From the NCBI RefSeq assembly GCF_009914755.1, contig NC_060927.1: a stretch of DNA of 64,000 nt; one strand, 5' to 3'. Below the pieces are notes generated by a model. It saw only the letters and a program-made list of their open reading frames with translations, did not search any database and had not been told where the DNA came from. Within the stretch, counting starts at the first letter, position 1. Every line of letters begins with the position of its first letter. Shown here piece after piece: positions 39,691 to 53,925 of the stretch. The position numbers and the translations under genes were made by a program. This DNA comes from the human T2T-CHM13v2.0 reference genome, Homo sapiens.

Positions 39691-41713
39691 CTGCCTTTCC
39701 AGGCAGTCAATTACTAATGATTTCTGTCTGCTTAGTGGTAGCAATGGGCCTTAATTTAAAGTCTGTGCTCTTAATTGCTATTTACTCTATTGCCTCTCAT
39801 TTAGTGTGCTTAATACAAAGTCCTGTGCTTTTCATTGTACATACAAGTGGAAGAGAAGTGTGCAGAGATAATCCCTGTCCTTGGAAGTTTTGCTGTTTGG
39901 TAAGGAAACTGTGTTATCTCTAAAAAAGGGGTGTACTCATCCAACTAAAATCAGAATGACTTCTCCAAATGGTAACTCTAGGATGGTTAGAGATCTCTCC
40001 ATGACTCCAATAACTTTGACTCCTGTAACTCTTAGGACTTCTAGACTCCTATAGGACTCCTATAACTTTGACTATTGAATGAGCCTAGGGGATCTCCACT
40101 GAAGACATCTGTAGAGGTTATTTTCTGTAAGAACTGTTATAATTATTAAGAAGTGAGCTAGTGCCGAAGGTTGTACCCCCTCACTACAAAAAGGCAAATG
40201 GCTGAACTAATGATTGGCAGTGAAAAGGACAAATCTACCATTAGAGTAATACCAGCTTCAAAGTGGTGGCCTCCATTCTTTGCTAGGGGAGAAAATGAAG
40301 ATGTGACGAAGGAATTAATGAGGATTCCAAACTTTAATTCAAATGTTTATGGTCCCCAAATATTCTCTGCAAACAAAATGTAGTTTACTGAAGGAAAAAT
40401 AATTTCTTTCTGGAGACACAAAATAATATTGAGAGAAAAGTGGAGAGGAAAAGAGATTTTTGAGAGAATAAAATCCTAAAAGTTTTGGTTAAGTTTATAT
40501 CTGATAAAACTGTAAATGTTATAGAAATAACACTAAACTACGAATCAGATGCCCAAGTTCAAGTTCTCACTGAAATCTTAGAATTTATTCTCATAGATAA
40601 AATATTATTGTATTTAGTAGATTTTTATTAAAGTGACATTTTCTCACAGACTTTATTTAGTTCACAGCAGACTCTTCCTTTTCTGAGCTCCTATAGTTCA
40701 TACGATTCACCGAAACTGTCTATATTATTATATTATATACTATCATATAGTATTATTTACTGGACTATGTATTACTATGCCATTTAATTCCATTTCATTA
40801 TTAAGTTATGTAAGGGTGGGGCTCATGAATTTTACCTCTTTTCAGTTCCTGTTCTTTGCCAAAAGTTGGTGTTCAGTAATTGTTGATGGATTGAGATTAG
40901 GACTCCATTAGAAAGGTACTCATAAAATCAATGCTTTCCAAACAAATCAGTGGAATTCAAGCTTATTATTTACTTACTGATAATAATGAACCATAATGAA
41001 TGCGTAAACCAGGGACCTCACTTTATCCAAGTAGTTGCAACCAATTGTAATAATGTAAATACGGTGATGGATACAATTACTAATTGTCAGTTAATGTAAG
41101 TTTATTCTTTGTGTAATCATAGTAGTCTTTTTTCTTAAAGATGACATTTTTGAGCATTGACACTTTCAATACATGATGTATTTACATTGGTAATCATATG
41201 CTAAAAAAGACTATTTTTTCAATGACTTTTTATAAAAAAATAAAAGTCAGAAAAAAGAATTGTAATTTCAATCCTGATTCTCCTGGGAGGTTTCTTTTTC
41301 TCGTCGCAGTTTGAAGTGAGAAAACTTGTTTTTAATCTAACTCTTACAATTTAGGGTACTATAGATCAATATAATATGGAGGTTTCAGTTATATACTAGG
41401 ATAATGGAAAGAGCACTACACCGAGACTGGAGATCTGATTAGAATCCCTGGCACTATTGACAACTTTTTGTGTGATGTTGGGTAAATATCTGTGTAACAA
41501 TCTCTTCCAACAATAACATACTGAGATTCCTCAAGATACAAAATTTGCATTCTTACTTCTACCTTTGGTCCCAATATGCTATTTCTCTGTCATTCTGGGA
41601 TATTACATTGCTAAGAGTTCCTCATCCTGGAATGAAAACTGCAATTTCATAAATAAAACAATGTAAGGTTGAAATAGCCTTAGTGCTATAAAGAGCTGCA
41701 GAGTCTGATGATA

Positions 41714-41795
41714 AATATATATATATATATCTCACTATATATATCTCACTATATATATATATCTATCTCACTATATATATCTCTGTAATATATAA
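41714..41795. repeat. (TA)n with repeated tctcac interruptions
   Basis: Three tatatatatctcac-type units read directly. Confidence 0.85.
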
Positions 41796-42736
41796 TAAGT
41801 GTAATAAGTGGTCTTGGCAGCTTAGGCATCAGAGAGTTGACCAGGTCAAAGTGGGTGGTTTTGCTTGATGCTATTTACCTATTTTTCCCTTGTGCAATTT
41901 TAGTTGCTTTGGATAAGTTCTTCTTAATAAATGTTCTCAAGTCAGAAATAGAATGTCCTAGTCCTGCCTCCACTGCTTAATAGTTCCTTATATTGGGTAG
42001 GTCACATGTTCTCTTTGAGCTTTAGTTCTCTGACGCTAAAATAAGGATAATAATGTCTAGTTAACATAATTTTCATGAATATTAAATGAGCATTTATCAA
42101 TTAATACTTATACACTACTAAATATTCCCAAATTCAAGGGATGATAATGATAATGACACCTTGCAGAGAATAAAAAATTTGAGGAAGATACAATAACTCC
42201 TTCAGGTGTTTATCCTTAATTAGGTGACTGTACAATATTCTAAATAAAATACCAGCAGTTTTGAAATTGTGGTAGCTTCATAATTTTACAAACTTACTTT
42301 TAAACTCGGACTTCTAACGCAATATTTGTCTTAATAAGAAGGAATTATCCACCTGAATATAAACTATTTACTTGATTAAAAATCAATAATACTGCTACAA
42401 CTGCTACCACTATCACTACAAAGATAATTGTATGTTTGATGATGTAAATATCACAATATTTCAAGAATGATCATCCCTCAAAATTAATTAAACCTAAGGC
42501 AATCTTTCTGTTTTCCAAGGGTATGATTATTGTATATAGAGAAATGTTTGCTTGATATCTTTTATTTCAGATATTGTGAAGTGCGGTAGAGTAATTACTC
42601 TTTGCATCCAAAGGATATCAAGAATGACTCAGGACAAATGTACACCTATTGGGCTAGGATAAGAAAGGCAGGAATAATCAGGGAGAGAGCTCTCTTTCTT
42701 GTTTGGACTGAAACTACCTTAGCTTCAAAAGGAGAA

Positions 42737-42874
42737 CACCTAGGCGATGGGTTGATCTGCGCAGCAAACCACCATGGCACGTGTTTACCTGCGTAACAAA
42801 TCTGTACATCCTGCAGGTGTAACCCAGAATTTAAAATAAAAGTTGATGGAAAAAAAAAAGAAAAAGAAAAAGAA
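42737..42874 (+). mobile_element. Heavily 5'-truncated L1PA (older primate subfamily) 3' end
   Basis: gcagcaaaccaccatggcacgtgtttacct...aataaaagttgatgg plus A-rich tail; exact 10-bp TSD aaaaggagaa (42727-42736 / 42875-42884). Confidence 0.92.
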
Positions 42875-44599
42875 AAAAGGAGAATCAAGCCCAGTGAAAA
42901 CATAGGTCTTAACAGAAACTTCAATCAGAAGTCTAAAGAATTTCACTGGGTTTTTCAATACCTGCTCAGAAGTTGATCATTTTCAACAACTGAAGTTGAG
43001 CCATAGAACTCTGGGACTAGCATTTTTCACAACTAAATGTGTTCACGTTTCAATGCTTCTGAGCCATACTTAGCCAAAGAGAGTGTGTCAGTTGCTTGCT
43101 TAGATGGTCATGCAGTCAGGTCACTATCATCCAAGGATTTGGCAGCCTGTCTTCATGAGCAACCTTCACTACTGAAATGTATGACTTCAGTTTCAAGACT
43201 CTTGATAAGTAAATAATGGCAAAGTAACTACAGATATTAAAAATATTAATGAGGAAATTAATTATTATGAACTTTCCTCTGAAAGATGGCTGGAGAGGCA
43301 GTGACTGCTATTTGGCTACTCTGGGTTTGTGGTTAGAGCCCGTAGAGAGGCTTTGGCAGGATTAAGCAATGTTGACAGACACATGCAACCGAAGTCTCTA
43401 GTATGTGTTTACGTGCTATGATTCAGCTCAAAAATGGGGCAGAGAAAATTTACGGAACGCTTAAAGTTGCAAAAACAATCCAGTTTTTGATTGCTAAGCA
43501 AAAGTACCTGAGGGTATCTAAGTTTTAAAAATGAAGTGCTCTGTTCCGTAAAGTTTTTAGAGCATTTTTTAATATGTGAGCTAATGTAAAAATATAACAG
43601 ATGTCATAAATAGATAGGGAATTTGTTTTTATTTGAAAAACTACTAGGGATGTGATTATTTGTCTAAAGTTGATAAGAGGCAGAATCACCAGAACCTAAG
43701 AAGACATACCCTAGATAGTAACTGGTCAGGGAGATAAAGAAAGTAAATCTTTGTGTTGTTTTTGTTTTTAAGTGAGAAAGTGATTCTGACCCACCTACCA
43801 AGTTATTACATTGGGCTCTGGTTTTTAACAACATAGCATATATCAAGATCACCCATGAAACAAAACAAAATATTAAAAAAAGGGGAGGCAAGTCCCTGCC
43901 CCCAAAATATCTGACTCAGAACAATTGATGTAAGGCCCTAGAGACATGCCCAGTTAAACCAATTTGTTTAGTTCACAGAAGATGTATCCACACAAAAAGA
44001 CATTTCTTTCCTGGATTGTTTTCACACATTAACTTCATATTATTCGTATTATTTGATGAGGTATTTAACCAAATTACTTTTCACTTACCTTGCTTCTCTG
44101 CTAGGTTATAAGAAAAGTAATTGGGATTATCAAGTATATTTTACCGAAGTTTTATGGACAACAGCCTTCTCTGTTAATTTCTTTACAAAAGAAGGTTTTC
44201 TGAAAGTCAGCTAAGGGTCAGACACTGCTAAGTTCACAGATTTAAAGCTCAACAACAGCCAGCTCCTGACCTCAAGGAGTTCACAATTTAGTTGCAGACA
44301 AACAGGTCAAGTATGAGCAGTCAGAATCAATGTCTTTCTTCTTGGCACTCACAGAGTCCTTTATACTAATTTAAAAATTCTCAATGTATTCTGTCTTTTG
44401 TGGCTATATCCATATCTATCTCCTCAAGTAGACTGAAATTTTCCTGAGGGCGGAGATAGCTACAGTCCCATAGGTCTGTTGGTACCAACATATAATAAGG
44501 ATAAGTAAATCAAACCTGATAAAAGAAAACGAGCAAATATCTTGCAGATGTGATTGTTGATAAAAAGTCATCTCAACTTTGCATAATTATACAAGATTT

Positions 44600-45150
44600 A
44601 CTTAAATCCCAAACTGGAAAATTAAAGATCATCCTTTGTTCTTCTATGTCTCTATATCCAAATCCAAAGGACACAGAATTTGACTGATTATATGTCAAGA
44701 ATTGCATTCTTGAATATTTTTACTTTTATTTATTTACTTATGTAAAATCAACATTTCTCACTTGGACTATTGCAAAAACAATATGCTATCAGATACTTAT
44801 TTTCTCTCACCAGGACTTCCACTCTTTCTCCAAGTCTATCTTCCTATAGAGCAAATTTGATCTTTTCTCATGCTTATAAACCCCTTTTGACACCCCTTTT
44901 GCTTATAAGATAAAATCCAAACACCTCAGCAGATGAATTTCTTCTTCTTGCCCCAGCTTACATCCCCAGACATGGCCATCTGCAACCCCTCTCCCCACTG
45001 CCCTTCAAATGCATCAGGCTTCTTAAATATCTTTTATCTTGCCACGTGCTGCTCATTCCTTTTAGGAAGCCCCTTCTCATTTTTATTCCTGATGAAGTCT
45101 TAATCAGGCTGTAAACAATCCCCAATACTACATTTGTGACACGTTCCTGA
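44600..45150 (+). mobile_element. L2 fragment
   Basis: tttctcacttggactattgca; ttgcttataagataaaatccaaacacctcagc. Confidence 0.55.
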
Positions 45151-46152
45151 ATTATCTCTCCAAAATTAGTATTTCTATCTCTGTATGGTGAAGTTCAAAT
45201 TTCAGAATATAATTCAAAGCCCAATTGTAAAATTTTTGCTCTTCTAATCTTGCCACTGGCTTAATATTTCTGAACCTATTAGTCCTATGAGGTAAGGTTT
45301 TTACAACTACAGGAATATCTTTCTGAAAAAACAGGTAACTTTAGAAGAGCTAACATGCTACAAAACTCCTGGAATTTACCTAACACTTCAGAGTTTATAA
45401 TACATTTGCATTTATTTAATTTCAAATCAGGAAGACAAATATCTCTAATCACTAATATTTAAATCAAAGAAATCATCTTTCTGATTTTGCTTTTCTGCAG
45501 CTAAATGTTTCCGTAGCCTTCTCTTTCAGTTTGTTAAATATACATAGTTGTGGACAAGATCTCTCCTGACAATTCTGCTGCTCAGGCTATTGAACAGTCT
45601 CCTGAAGGAGGTGAGGCTGTAGGGCCTAGAGGATCACATGGGGTTCAAGACCGAAACCCTGGGGCACCTAATGAAAACAGTAGCTCCTGTAAGTACTCTG
45701 AGCTGTTCATTTCCCAACACACATGCATGCATACATGCACAATATACATTTGGAGTAAATTCATAACATGCAGTTCATTTTTAAGGAAAGAAATAATACA
45801 AATGATATAGTTTCATCACTCAAAGCTAAGCACTCTCCTGATTTGGATCTATGTCCTTGCCGTCTTTCTTTTTGAAAAATATCACATCTCATCACCTGTT
45901 ATTTGTCACAAAGAGTATATTTTAAATGTTTTATCTTTGATTTTTTTTAAAGTTGAAATTTATAAAATTTTCATTGGAGCTTGGTAGAAAACTCAGAGAG
46001 GGTCCATTATAGAGCTAAGGGCAGTCACAGTTCAGCTGCTTCATGTTCTTAAAGAGAAGGTGGATGCTGATACTTGTCTAAGGCATTCTTGGGAAGGTAG
46101 TCTGCCCTAGAGAGCTCTGTCATAATCCCGTGACAGCTTTGCCACATGACAT

Positions 46153-46489
46153 TGTTGCAGAATTTTGCTCCTTAGTTCAGCTAAACCAGGTTCTTGTCAC
46201 ACAACCAGGAAGGATTAGGAATGCTTACACATTAAAAGGTGAGGGGAATGGAATTTATTGGGCGAAAAGGAAAAAAGAAACATATTCTCAGCAAAGTGAG
46301 AGGGGATACTGCTAACAGGCCCCCACCTCACAGATTGAATACCAGGCCACCACACCGGAACTGAAGAGGCCAGGCTTCTCCCCACTGCACAGGGGCTAAC
46401 TTCCCGTGGCTCCACCCTGTTCTCCCAGTGCACAGGCGGTGGGAGATTCTCCAGAAATCCTCCTCCTTATCTGCCTCCTGCATCTATCA
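46153..46489 (-). mobile_element. MER61-family ERV1 solo LTR
   Basis: tgttgcagaattttgctccttagttcagctaaa...ctgcctcctgcatctatca; minus-strand AATAAA (tttatt); exact 4-bp TSD acat (46149-46152 / 46490-46493). Confidence 0.85.
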
Positions 46490-46571
46490 ACATGACTGGG
46501 CCTTACTGTTCTCCAGTACAAAACATGATGACCTATTTAACTCTCTGTAATATATTTTGAAAATGATTATG

Positions 46572-46714
46572 TATCTATCTATTTATCTATCTATTATCTA
46601 TTACCTATCTGTTTTCTATCTATTATCTATTACCTATCTATCTATCTGTTATCTATCTATCTATCTATCATCTATCTGTTATCTATCTATCTGTTATCTA
46701 TCTATCTATCTATC
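46572..46714. repeat. Compound (TATC)n microsatellite
   Basis: Read directly, with tgt/tac interruptions. Confidence 0.92.
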
Positions 46715-47061
46715 TGATATGGTTTGGCTGTGTCCCCACACAAATCTCATCTTGAACTGTAACTCCCACAATTCCCATGTGTCATGGGAGGAACCCAGTG
46801 GGAGGTCACTGAATCATGGGGGTGGGTCTTTCCCATCCTGTTCTAGTGATAGTGAATAGGTCTCATTAGATCTGATGGCTTTAAAAACGGGGTCTCCCTG
46901 AACAAGGTCTCCATGTAAGATGTGACTTGCTGTTCTTTGCCTTCCTCCATGATTGTGAGGTCTCCCCAGCCATGTGGAACTGTAAGTCCAATAAACGTCT
47001 TTCTTTTGTAAATTGCCCAGTTTCAGGTATGTCTTTATCAGCAGCATGAAAACAGACTAAT
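46715..47061 (+). mobile_element. THE1 (THE1C/D-like) MaLR solo LTR
   Basis: tgatatggtttggctgtgtcccca...ccccagccatgtggaactgtaagtccaataaa...gcagcatgaaaacagactaat. Confidence 0.93.
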
Positions 47062-50000
47062 TAGCTAGCTAGCTAGCTAGCTACTGCCTTAGATAAATGT
47101 CCCTAGGGCCTCAGTTTCTTTATTTATAAAATGAATGTGTCAGCCAGATATTTTAAAAAGCCTTATCCAACCCCTATATTTCCAGTTTCTAAATCAATTT
47201 TCTAGGCTGTCATTTAAATATAATCAACCTAATTTTTACCATTAGAATCAGAACAATTACTCACTCCATTCTTTTTAAAAACTTTATAGTATTTGTTCAG
47301 CTAATTTCCTAGTGGTCATTTTTAGGCCTATGGTTTTGCAAATGCAGCTGCTACTTCAAGATTTTCAAACAGAGCCTCAAATTTAATGTAAATCCTTAAA
47401 CTATTTTACTTATTAATTTATTCCATTTCTTATAACGCTAGATTGCTAAGCACTATTTTATGGCCAAGTGCCCTATTTCTGTCTTCTCAGCTCTGCTTCT
47501 AATGCAGTTCTCCTTATGATTTGGCTTTGCTCAGTTCACTGCTAGAATAGCTACAAAACTTTTCAAGCCTGCAACTCAAATCAGACCTCCATCTTAATTT
47601 TCACTCCTACAAATACTAAAGGATCAAATGTATGATAAGGTAAGATAACACTATCAAAATCAGAAATGATCTTAAAGTTGATTTTCCCCAGTCCTTTCAT
47701 TAGAGAGGTGCAGGAGAAATCTTGAACCCCAGGCTAAGTGATTTAATCAGACTCACAGAGGAAATTTCTGTCAAAGCCAGAACTGACTTCCTCCTCTCCC
47801 AATTCCTACTCAGTCCTCTTTCAACAATATCCTGTGCCTTTCTGATGTGATTTGTAAAAGCGTCTCTTATGACACGTACCCAGACATTTTCCTGTATTTA
47901 ACACAAAAGGAAATGGTGTTTGGCAATCTTGTTGCTACTTTCTATCTTCCTGACCTTTAGATTTTATGCTGCGATTTCCTGGAAGTGAATCTTACTACAT
48001 CAAACACAATTTTTTCCAAAGTCATCAACTTGTTCTACCTTCTGAATTCATCACAGCTCACAGGTATAAAAGCCCCTTAAGGAATTACTAAATGTCTCAG
48101 ACATTTCAAAGATGTGCTGGGTCAAATTACCATTTAGAAAGAGGACACTTAAATTAGAGGTGAATAAAAGAGTTGAAAATCAACTGATTTACTCCCTAAA
48201 GGAAACAGGAGTGTCTCAATTAAATGCAGTATTAGGTCACACTTCCCTGGAGATTTTACAGTGATATATGCTTCTAGTGTCCCTGAAAAACCAAGCCTTT
48301 ATGGATGACCTAATTTAGTTATAAAAATAATTGTTATAAAGGGCAGTATTCACCTTACATTAGACTAAAGCCTAGGACTATTAAAATTCATTAGTCCATT
48401 TGCTTCAGTTAAAGCACACTACTTATCTATTATTGGGCCTCAATTTTCTCTTTCTCTCTCTTTTTTTATTCCTGCTTTAAAACCTGTTCAACTTATGAGC
48501 TCATAAAATGCTTCCTAATCAAAAGTGCTAGCTCTCATTCAGTAAATCTTATGGCACTTAATCTCTGGCTTGTGCCACTTAGATTTATGAGCGATCATGA
48601 ATTATGCTTCTTTCTTTTCTCCCCCATTACATTGTAAGCAACTTTATGCAAGAAATTGAATTCATTCTTTATCCCTAAAAGCCATCTTAGGTCCTGGAGT
48701 GCAGTAGGGGTTCAGCAGATGCCCAAACTTACTGAGCAGAAGCTGATATGTGTTTGGTTCTACTCACTGTACCACCCAGAGAAAGGCTCAGAAATGTATA
48801 GCTATATGGCAATTGTAGAGAGAAATGTTTTCTTGAAATCTATGCCAAAAGAGTCAAAATGTTCTATATGTGTTCAAAGGAATAAGTTATTAGTTTTGAG
48901 CCAGAAACTGAAAATGAGAATCAGCTGATTTTGTATGTGAAGAAAACAAAATTCATAAACCACTTAAACCACCCAACCGAAACACAAACAGGAGTGGGCT
49001 GTTAGGTATTTACATTAGACTTAACATTCATTTCTTTAAATGAGGAACTAGTTTAAGTTAGTTTCTAAAAAGTGATAATTTACCAGCAAACAGTCACATG
49101 TATCTGCATGGCAGTAGACTTGGCAGTGCTTAGAAGGGGAACAAAACAAAGAGAAATGAACAAATCACCCTAAGTATCAACACCGATCTATTTATTTGAT
49201 TTAATCAATCTCATGGCATTTTGGACTTCCTCATCAAATAAAGGCACAAAAGTTGAGTTAGGTCAGTCATCCTTCTTGGTTTTTGTCTTGGGAGATTTAT
49301 TCTGCTCACATGCAAAAGAAAGTAAAGTTGGCTTTTTCAACTTGTATTAAAGCATTTAACAATGTGATTCAAATCCATAAAATGTCTACTGAAACCATTA
49401 GCTTTAAAGTAAACCCTGAAGGAATTTAAATAAAGGCTGAGTCCTCAAAGGATCTCCTATATTACAAGTGCATTTTACATCTGCCACCAAAATGCCTAGT
49501 GAACGAGGGCTGAATTCATTCCGTCACTGGAATGAAGATCTACCATATTTTATTTCAACCACAAATTTTGTGTGTGGGATTAGGAAAGCACCAAAGTGAA
49601 GAATAAATGAACTATACCATAAGTTCCACATTATCAAAGACTTTGGAAGTATTTGATAATGGACATTGGAAGGTGTTCAAATATCACTTTCTAACAACTC
49701 ATTTGTTTCACAAATACCTTTTCTGGTGATTTCAGCCTCTCCTTGCACAACTTCTAGGTCAGGGAATAACTCATAATCTTCTAGGGCTAGCCTATGCTAT
49801 CTTTAAATGATTTTATTAAAATATTTTGTCAATATCTGTTACCTTGAAGTTTCTATTCATAGTGTAATTGTGTTTCTTATAACCACGTATTTATTAATTT
49901 TACCCACGTGAAAATCTTTCCAATGGAATAAAGCTTATAACTTCTAGTCTATCCAGGCTAAGTACCATTACTTTTCAATTGTTTCTCTATGTGATGACAA

Positions 50001-51089
50001 AAAATCTCACTACTATTGTTTTGCTCTTTATATAAAGACTAAAATACATCTAAGTTTATGAAGTTCAGACTTACATACGAAGTACAACACATTTTTTCCA
50101 AGGTTGATTTTCTGGCTTGCCTTATCAATTAATGTTTCTTATTAAAATAAATTATTAATGTGAATTGCATTCATAAAAGTGATAATACAGAATATTTAGT
50201 GATTAACCCAATGATAAATATGCATATTTCATATAAAATAGTAACAAATTATTGAATATATTAAATAAGAGCTGAAACTTTTATTATGGATAAGAAGCTT
50301 ATTATAAATATTTCAGTTTTTCTATATTAATTTATACAGTTAATACAATTTCACTGCTACTACTACTACGTGTACAAATTCACTACTTAAATTTCACTTC
50401 TTGTATTGTAGTAACTGTATAAATTGATATGGGAAAATAGAAATATTTATAATGATTAAACTTCTAGAAGAGAGTTCTAGGAACTCTGTAATGAGACAAC
50501 AAACATCCTCTGGAAATATAAACAAACAGGTAATGAATATCAAAGAGTATTAAAAGCAAAACAATTGACATACATTTAAATATATTTTTATAAATTAAAA
50601 CATGCAGTACTGGATAAAACAGATGTGCAAAATAGAATATAGACAATGTAATAGACCACACATGAATTTAACATATTTGAGAAGATGCTTGCCAATCATA
50701 GAGAGTTTGGAGCCTATTTAATAATAGGTATAGAATAAACATTTAGAAATGTATAAGAAAATCTAACTTCTCAAATTGTACTAAAATATTATGTTTAGAT
50801 TAAAGAGTTATATGTATAATAAGAAATGAAATTAGTTTTCTGGAGCCATAAATTTTTGTAATGTTAAAATTTACAGAAAAATTTCAAAAGTACTTGCAAC
50901 TTTCTCCTTACCGTGTTCCAGTAGCATGGTGGATTAATACAGTGGACTAGCACAATATTATGCAGAATTTAAAGATGATCAGAGTTTCTACCAAATATTG
51001 TGATAGAAAGCAAGAGAACTGATATAGTTCAAGGTAAAAGTAATACATTTGTGCTACTCTCTGTCTCATATAAAACAAACTATTTTTCC

Positions 51090-53445
51090 TTTATTAATGA
51101 GGATTGAGAATACATTTTCCAGATCCATAGCTAAAAAACAAGTATCAGTAGCCATTTTTATCTGTTCCAGTAAGGATGCATAGCTGCATTTAGTCCCACA
51201 ATTTCATGACAGCAACCATATTTCTCTGTTATCTGCCATGATCCATCTGAATTTGCAGGCGCTACATAGCTGAACTGAATGGGAGATCATCACTCCAGCA
51301 TACTTTATATCTTTGGTGATGACACTGACCTCTAGAATTCCTCTTGGGATGTGATATTGATGCTGACTTACTGTCTTGGTAGTTTGAGGGAAGAGTTTTA
51401 GGAGCTTTCACTTGGCCTTTTAAATATAATATTGTTTATTCCACAGTCACAATGAAGGTTCTACCAGCTTCTTAATATATTCATCTCAATTATGCTCTTG
51501 GGATCAGGGAAATGACCAGAGTATGTGCCCTCAGACCTGTTGCATCTGTAGTGAGATATATTTGGACCATAATTTCATTCATCGCCTGGCCTTCAAAAGT
51601 CCTCATCCTGATGGTGGGGTTGGGGGACACACAATGTGTTTCAGAGTCCATCTCTTAGATCCAATGTCAGTTCAGACTGTATATCAAACTTCCCTATAAA
51701 GATATGGAGATTTTCTCTTCTCCAGTGAACTGTTACCTTCTAAATGGATACAGGTTTCTGTGGGGGAAGTAGTTATTTTATGTACATGTGCTGACACTGC
51801 AGGGTCTTTCTCCAAGACTTGGCCTCCCTTTTAATTGATGAGCTCTGGTTCTCAAGATCGTCCCATATAAAGAAACTGTGAGGGATCGCTATTTTCCTTT
51901 GCAGTTGCTGACATCGGCTTTCTGATTGCCTATATTTGAATTCCTGGTAATACAGTTATAGTTCAACTACCTTACCAGGCTGAGTTAGTCATCACCACAG
52001 ATTCCTAATGTTCTAAACACCCTGGTTGCCACACCAACTTTGTAGTTAAATTCAGTTTGCCTTAGATGATTAGTGCTAATATCTGGCCTTTCCTATATTT
52101 TCGGATCTGATCAACCCCATTGAAACTCAGGTTCCCAGGTCCATGCACTACTTTCTACAGTCAGCTTTGACTGAGAGAGGATGGTCAGCAATAAAATTCG
52201 CAATAAAGTCCATGTTTCCTCACGTATGCATTCCTATCATCTTAATGAAGACAATGGTGTGCCTCCTCAGGGAACACAGGGCAACTATCAGCTCTCTAGT
52301 TTTACAAGTTAAATCCATTATTACTTGCCTATTTCCCATGTCTTCTGACTTCTTTCACAGAATTCTGATAAGACAATTCTTGCATTTCTACTTCATTTAC
52401 TCTATGCCATTTTCATTATGCCCAAGATCTAAAGAACCATTTTCCAGCAATATTTTAGGGCCATATCTGTGTGTCCTTGCCATAACGTTGCCATAATGTT
52501 AAATCCTGAGTCATGGAGGAGTTCTCCTATATCAGTAGCCATTTCTGTATGCTGTCTGACATTCAAACTTTCCACCCTGGCCTAACACTGTCAGAGTCCA
52601 TTCCCTCATATGTTCTCCTGGTTTCTTTTTGTACAGGTTACTTAGTTAGAACTTGAAACACTTTTGGAAAGAAAGCTATCTACTATCTGGGCAAAGATTG
52701 TACATCCTTTCTAGCCTTTGTTTAACCTGACCCTCGTTATTGGTCTGCAGGCATCAAAGAAAACAGAGACAGATTTTTGGGAGAAAAGTACCATCTTGCA
52801 AGATCATCACCTCATATAAGGTATTTGTATTGTCTCCAGGAAAGAGAAAAGGTACTCTTTTCCAGCAAGAAGAATGAGGTCACTTCTTATCAGCGGAGTC
52901 TGGTAGATTATGTTCTTAAATACGTATATCTAAATATTTTATTCCAAAGTTTCAAGGTCTAATATCTTCCCCATCACAGCTTTGATTTTAGCATATGGAA
53001 TTCATTACAGTTTGGATTTAGTTTCTTTTACAATTCTGTCATGCTAATGATTAAATCCTGAACTTGATTTTAAGATCAGTCTACCCTTTGGCTTCAAGAA
53101 ATGAAGATGCCTTTAAATGCTATGGGAAGGTCTTCCAGCTTTCACAGCATTTCCTGAGTTGGTTGTTGGCTGACCTGATCATGCCTTTCTCTTTTTTAAA
53201 GGCTTATAGAGAAATGTACAAAAGTCAGCCAACTCCATAATACTTAAAATTGCTATTACTCTCATATCTTTCAAGGGCTGGAGTTGTTGCATAAGTCAGC
53301 ATGTCTTCATTATCCCAGTCCACCGCAGAGTCTTAGCATGTCAGGGGTGATTACCATTCTCTTATCTCCAACAATGGAGCTCTTGTGGCCATCTGATTGG
53401 TGAGTGATCCTATTCAAAATTCAATCCTGAGAATCTAATTCCTAG
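51090..53445 (-). mobile_element. Decayed ERVL internal region (gag/pro/start of pol; HERV16/ERV3-16A3-like)
   Basis: Antisense ERVL-like motifs abutting an LTR16A-like LTR; no long ORF survives. Family assignment is from recall. Confidence 0.55.
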
Positions 53446-53454
53446 GGCCATTTT

Positions 53455-53925
53455 CATTGCAATTCTCTCAGTTCGAGTTTCTCTGAGAGCAGACCCTATA
53501 ACAGGCACCTTGCAATCCCATAAAGCAAATGAAAATGAGCATGAATAATAATACAGAGAAGAAGGAAAAGCCAATAAAGAAGAAGTTAATAGGTGGTTTA
53601 TAATTGTGGTGAACCAGATAGAATGCACCTCAGAATTGTCCCCAAAGTGGATGAAAATCCCTGGGGACAATAATTCACCAACTCCTCCGCTCTGTTAGTT
53701 GAGGGTTTCCTTCAGCACTATTAATACCCCTATACTTAGAGGTTGTATCTGAACATGTCAGAGCAGCTTTCTTGGCTTTGCAAAAAGCAAGAGGGAGTCT
53801 TTGAAGTCGACTCTTGATAGGGGACACATGAAGTGCAGGGAACTATCCGTCACAATCATACTGAAGTCAGATGGGCAGAGGAGGTTTATCTTGGTGCATC
53901 ACATGCTTCAGCTAAAAATGATTAT
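53455..53925 (-). mobile_element. LTR16A-like ERVL LTR (5' LTR of the adjacent internal region)
   Basis: gagcagaccctat, gaaaagccaataaag, cacctcagaattgtcccc, tcaccaactcc...gttgagggtt motifs. Confidence 0.6.

Noticed and set aside
46557-46859. 100-aa ORF with YLSI repeats
   Set aside because: Translation of (TATC)n running into a THE1 LTR.
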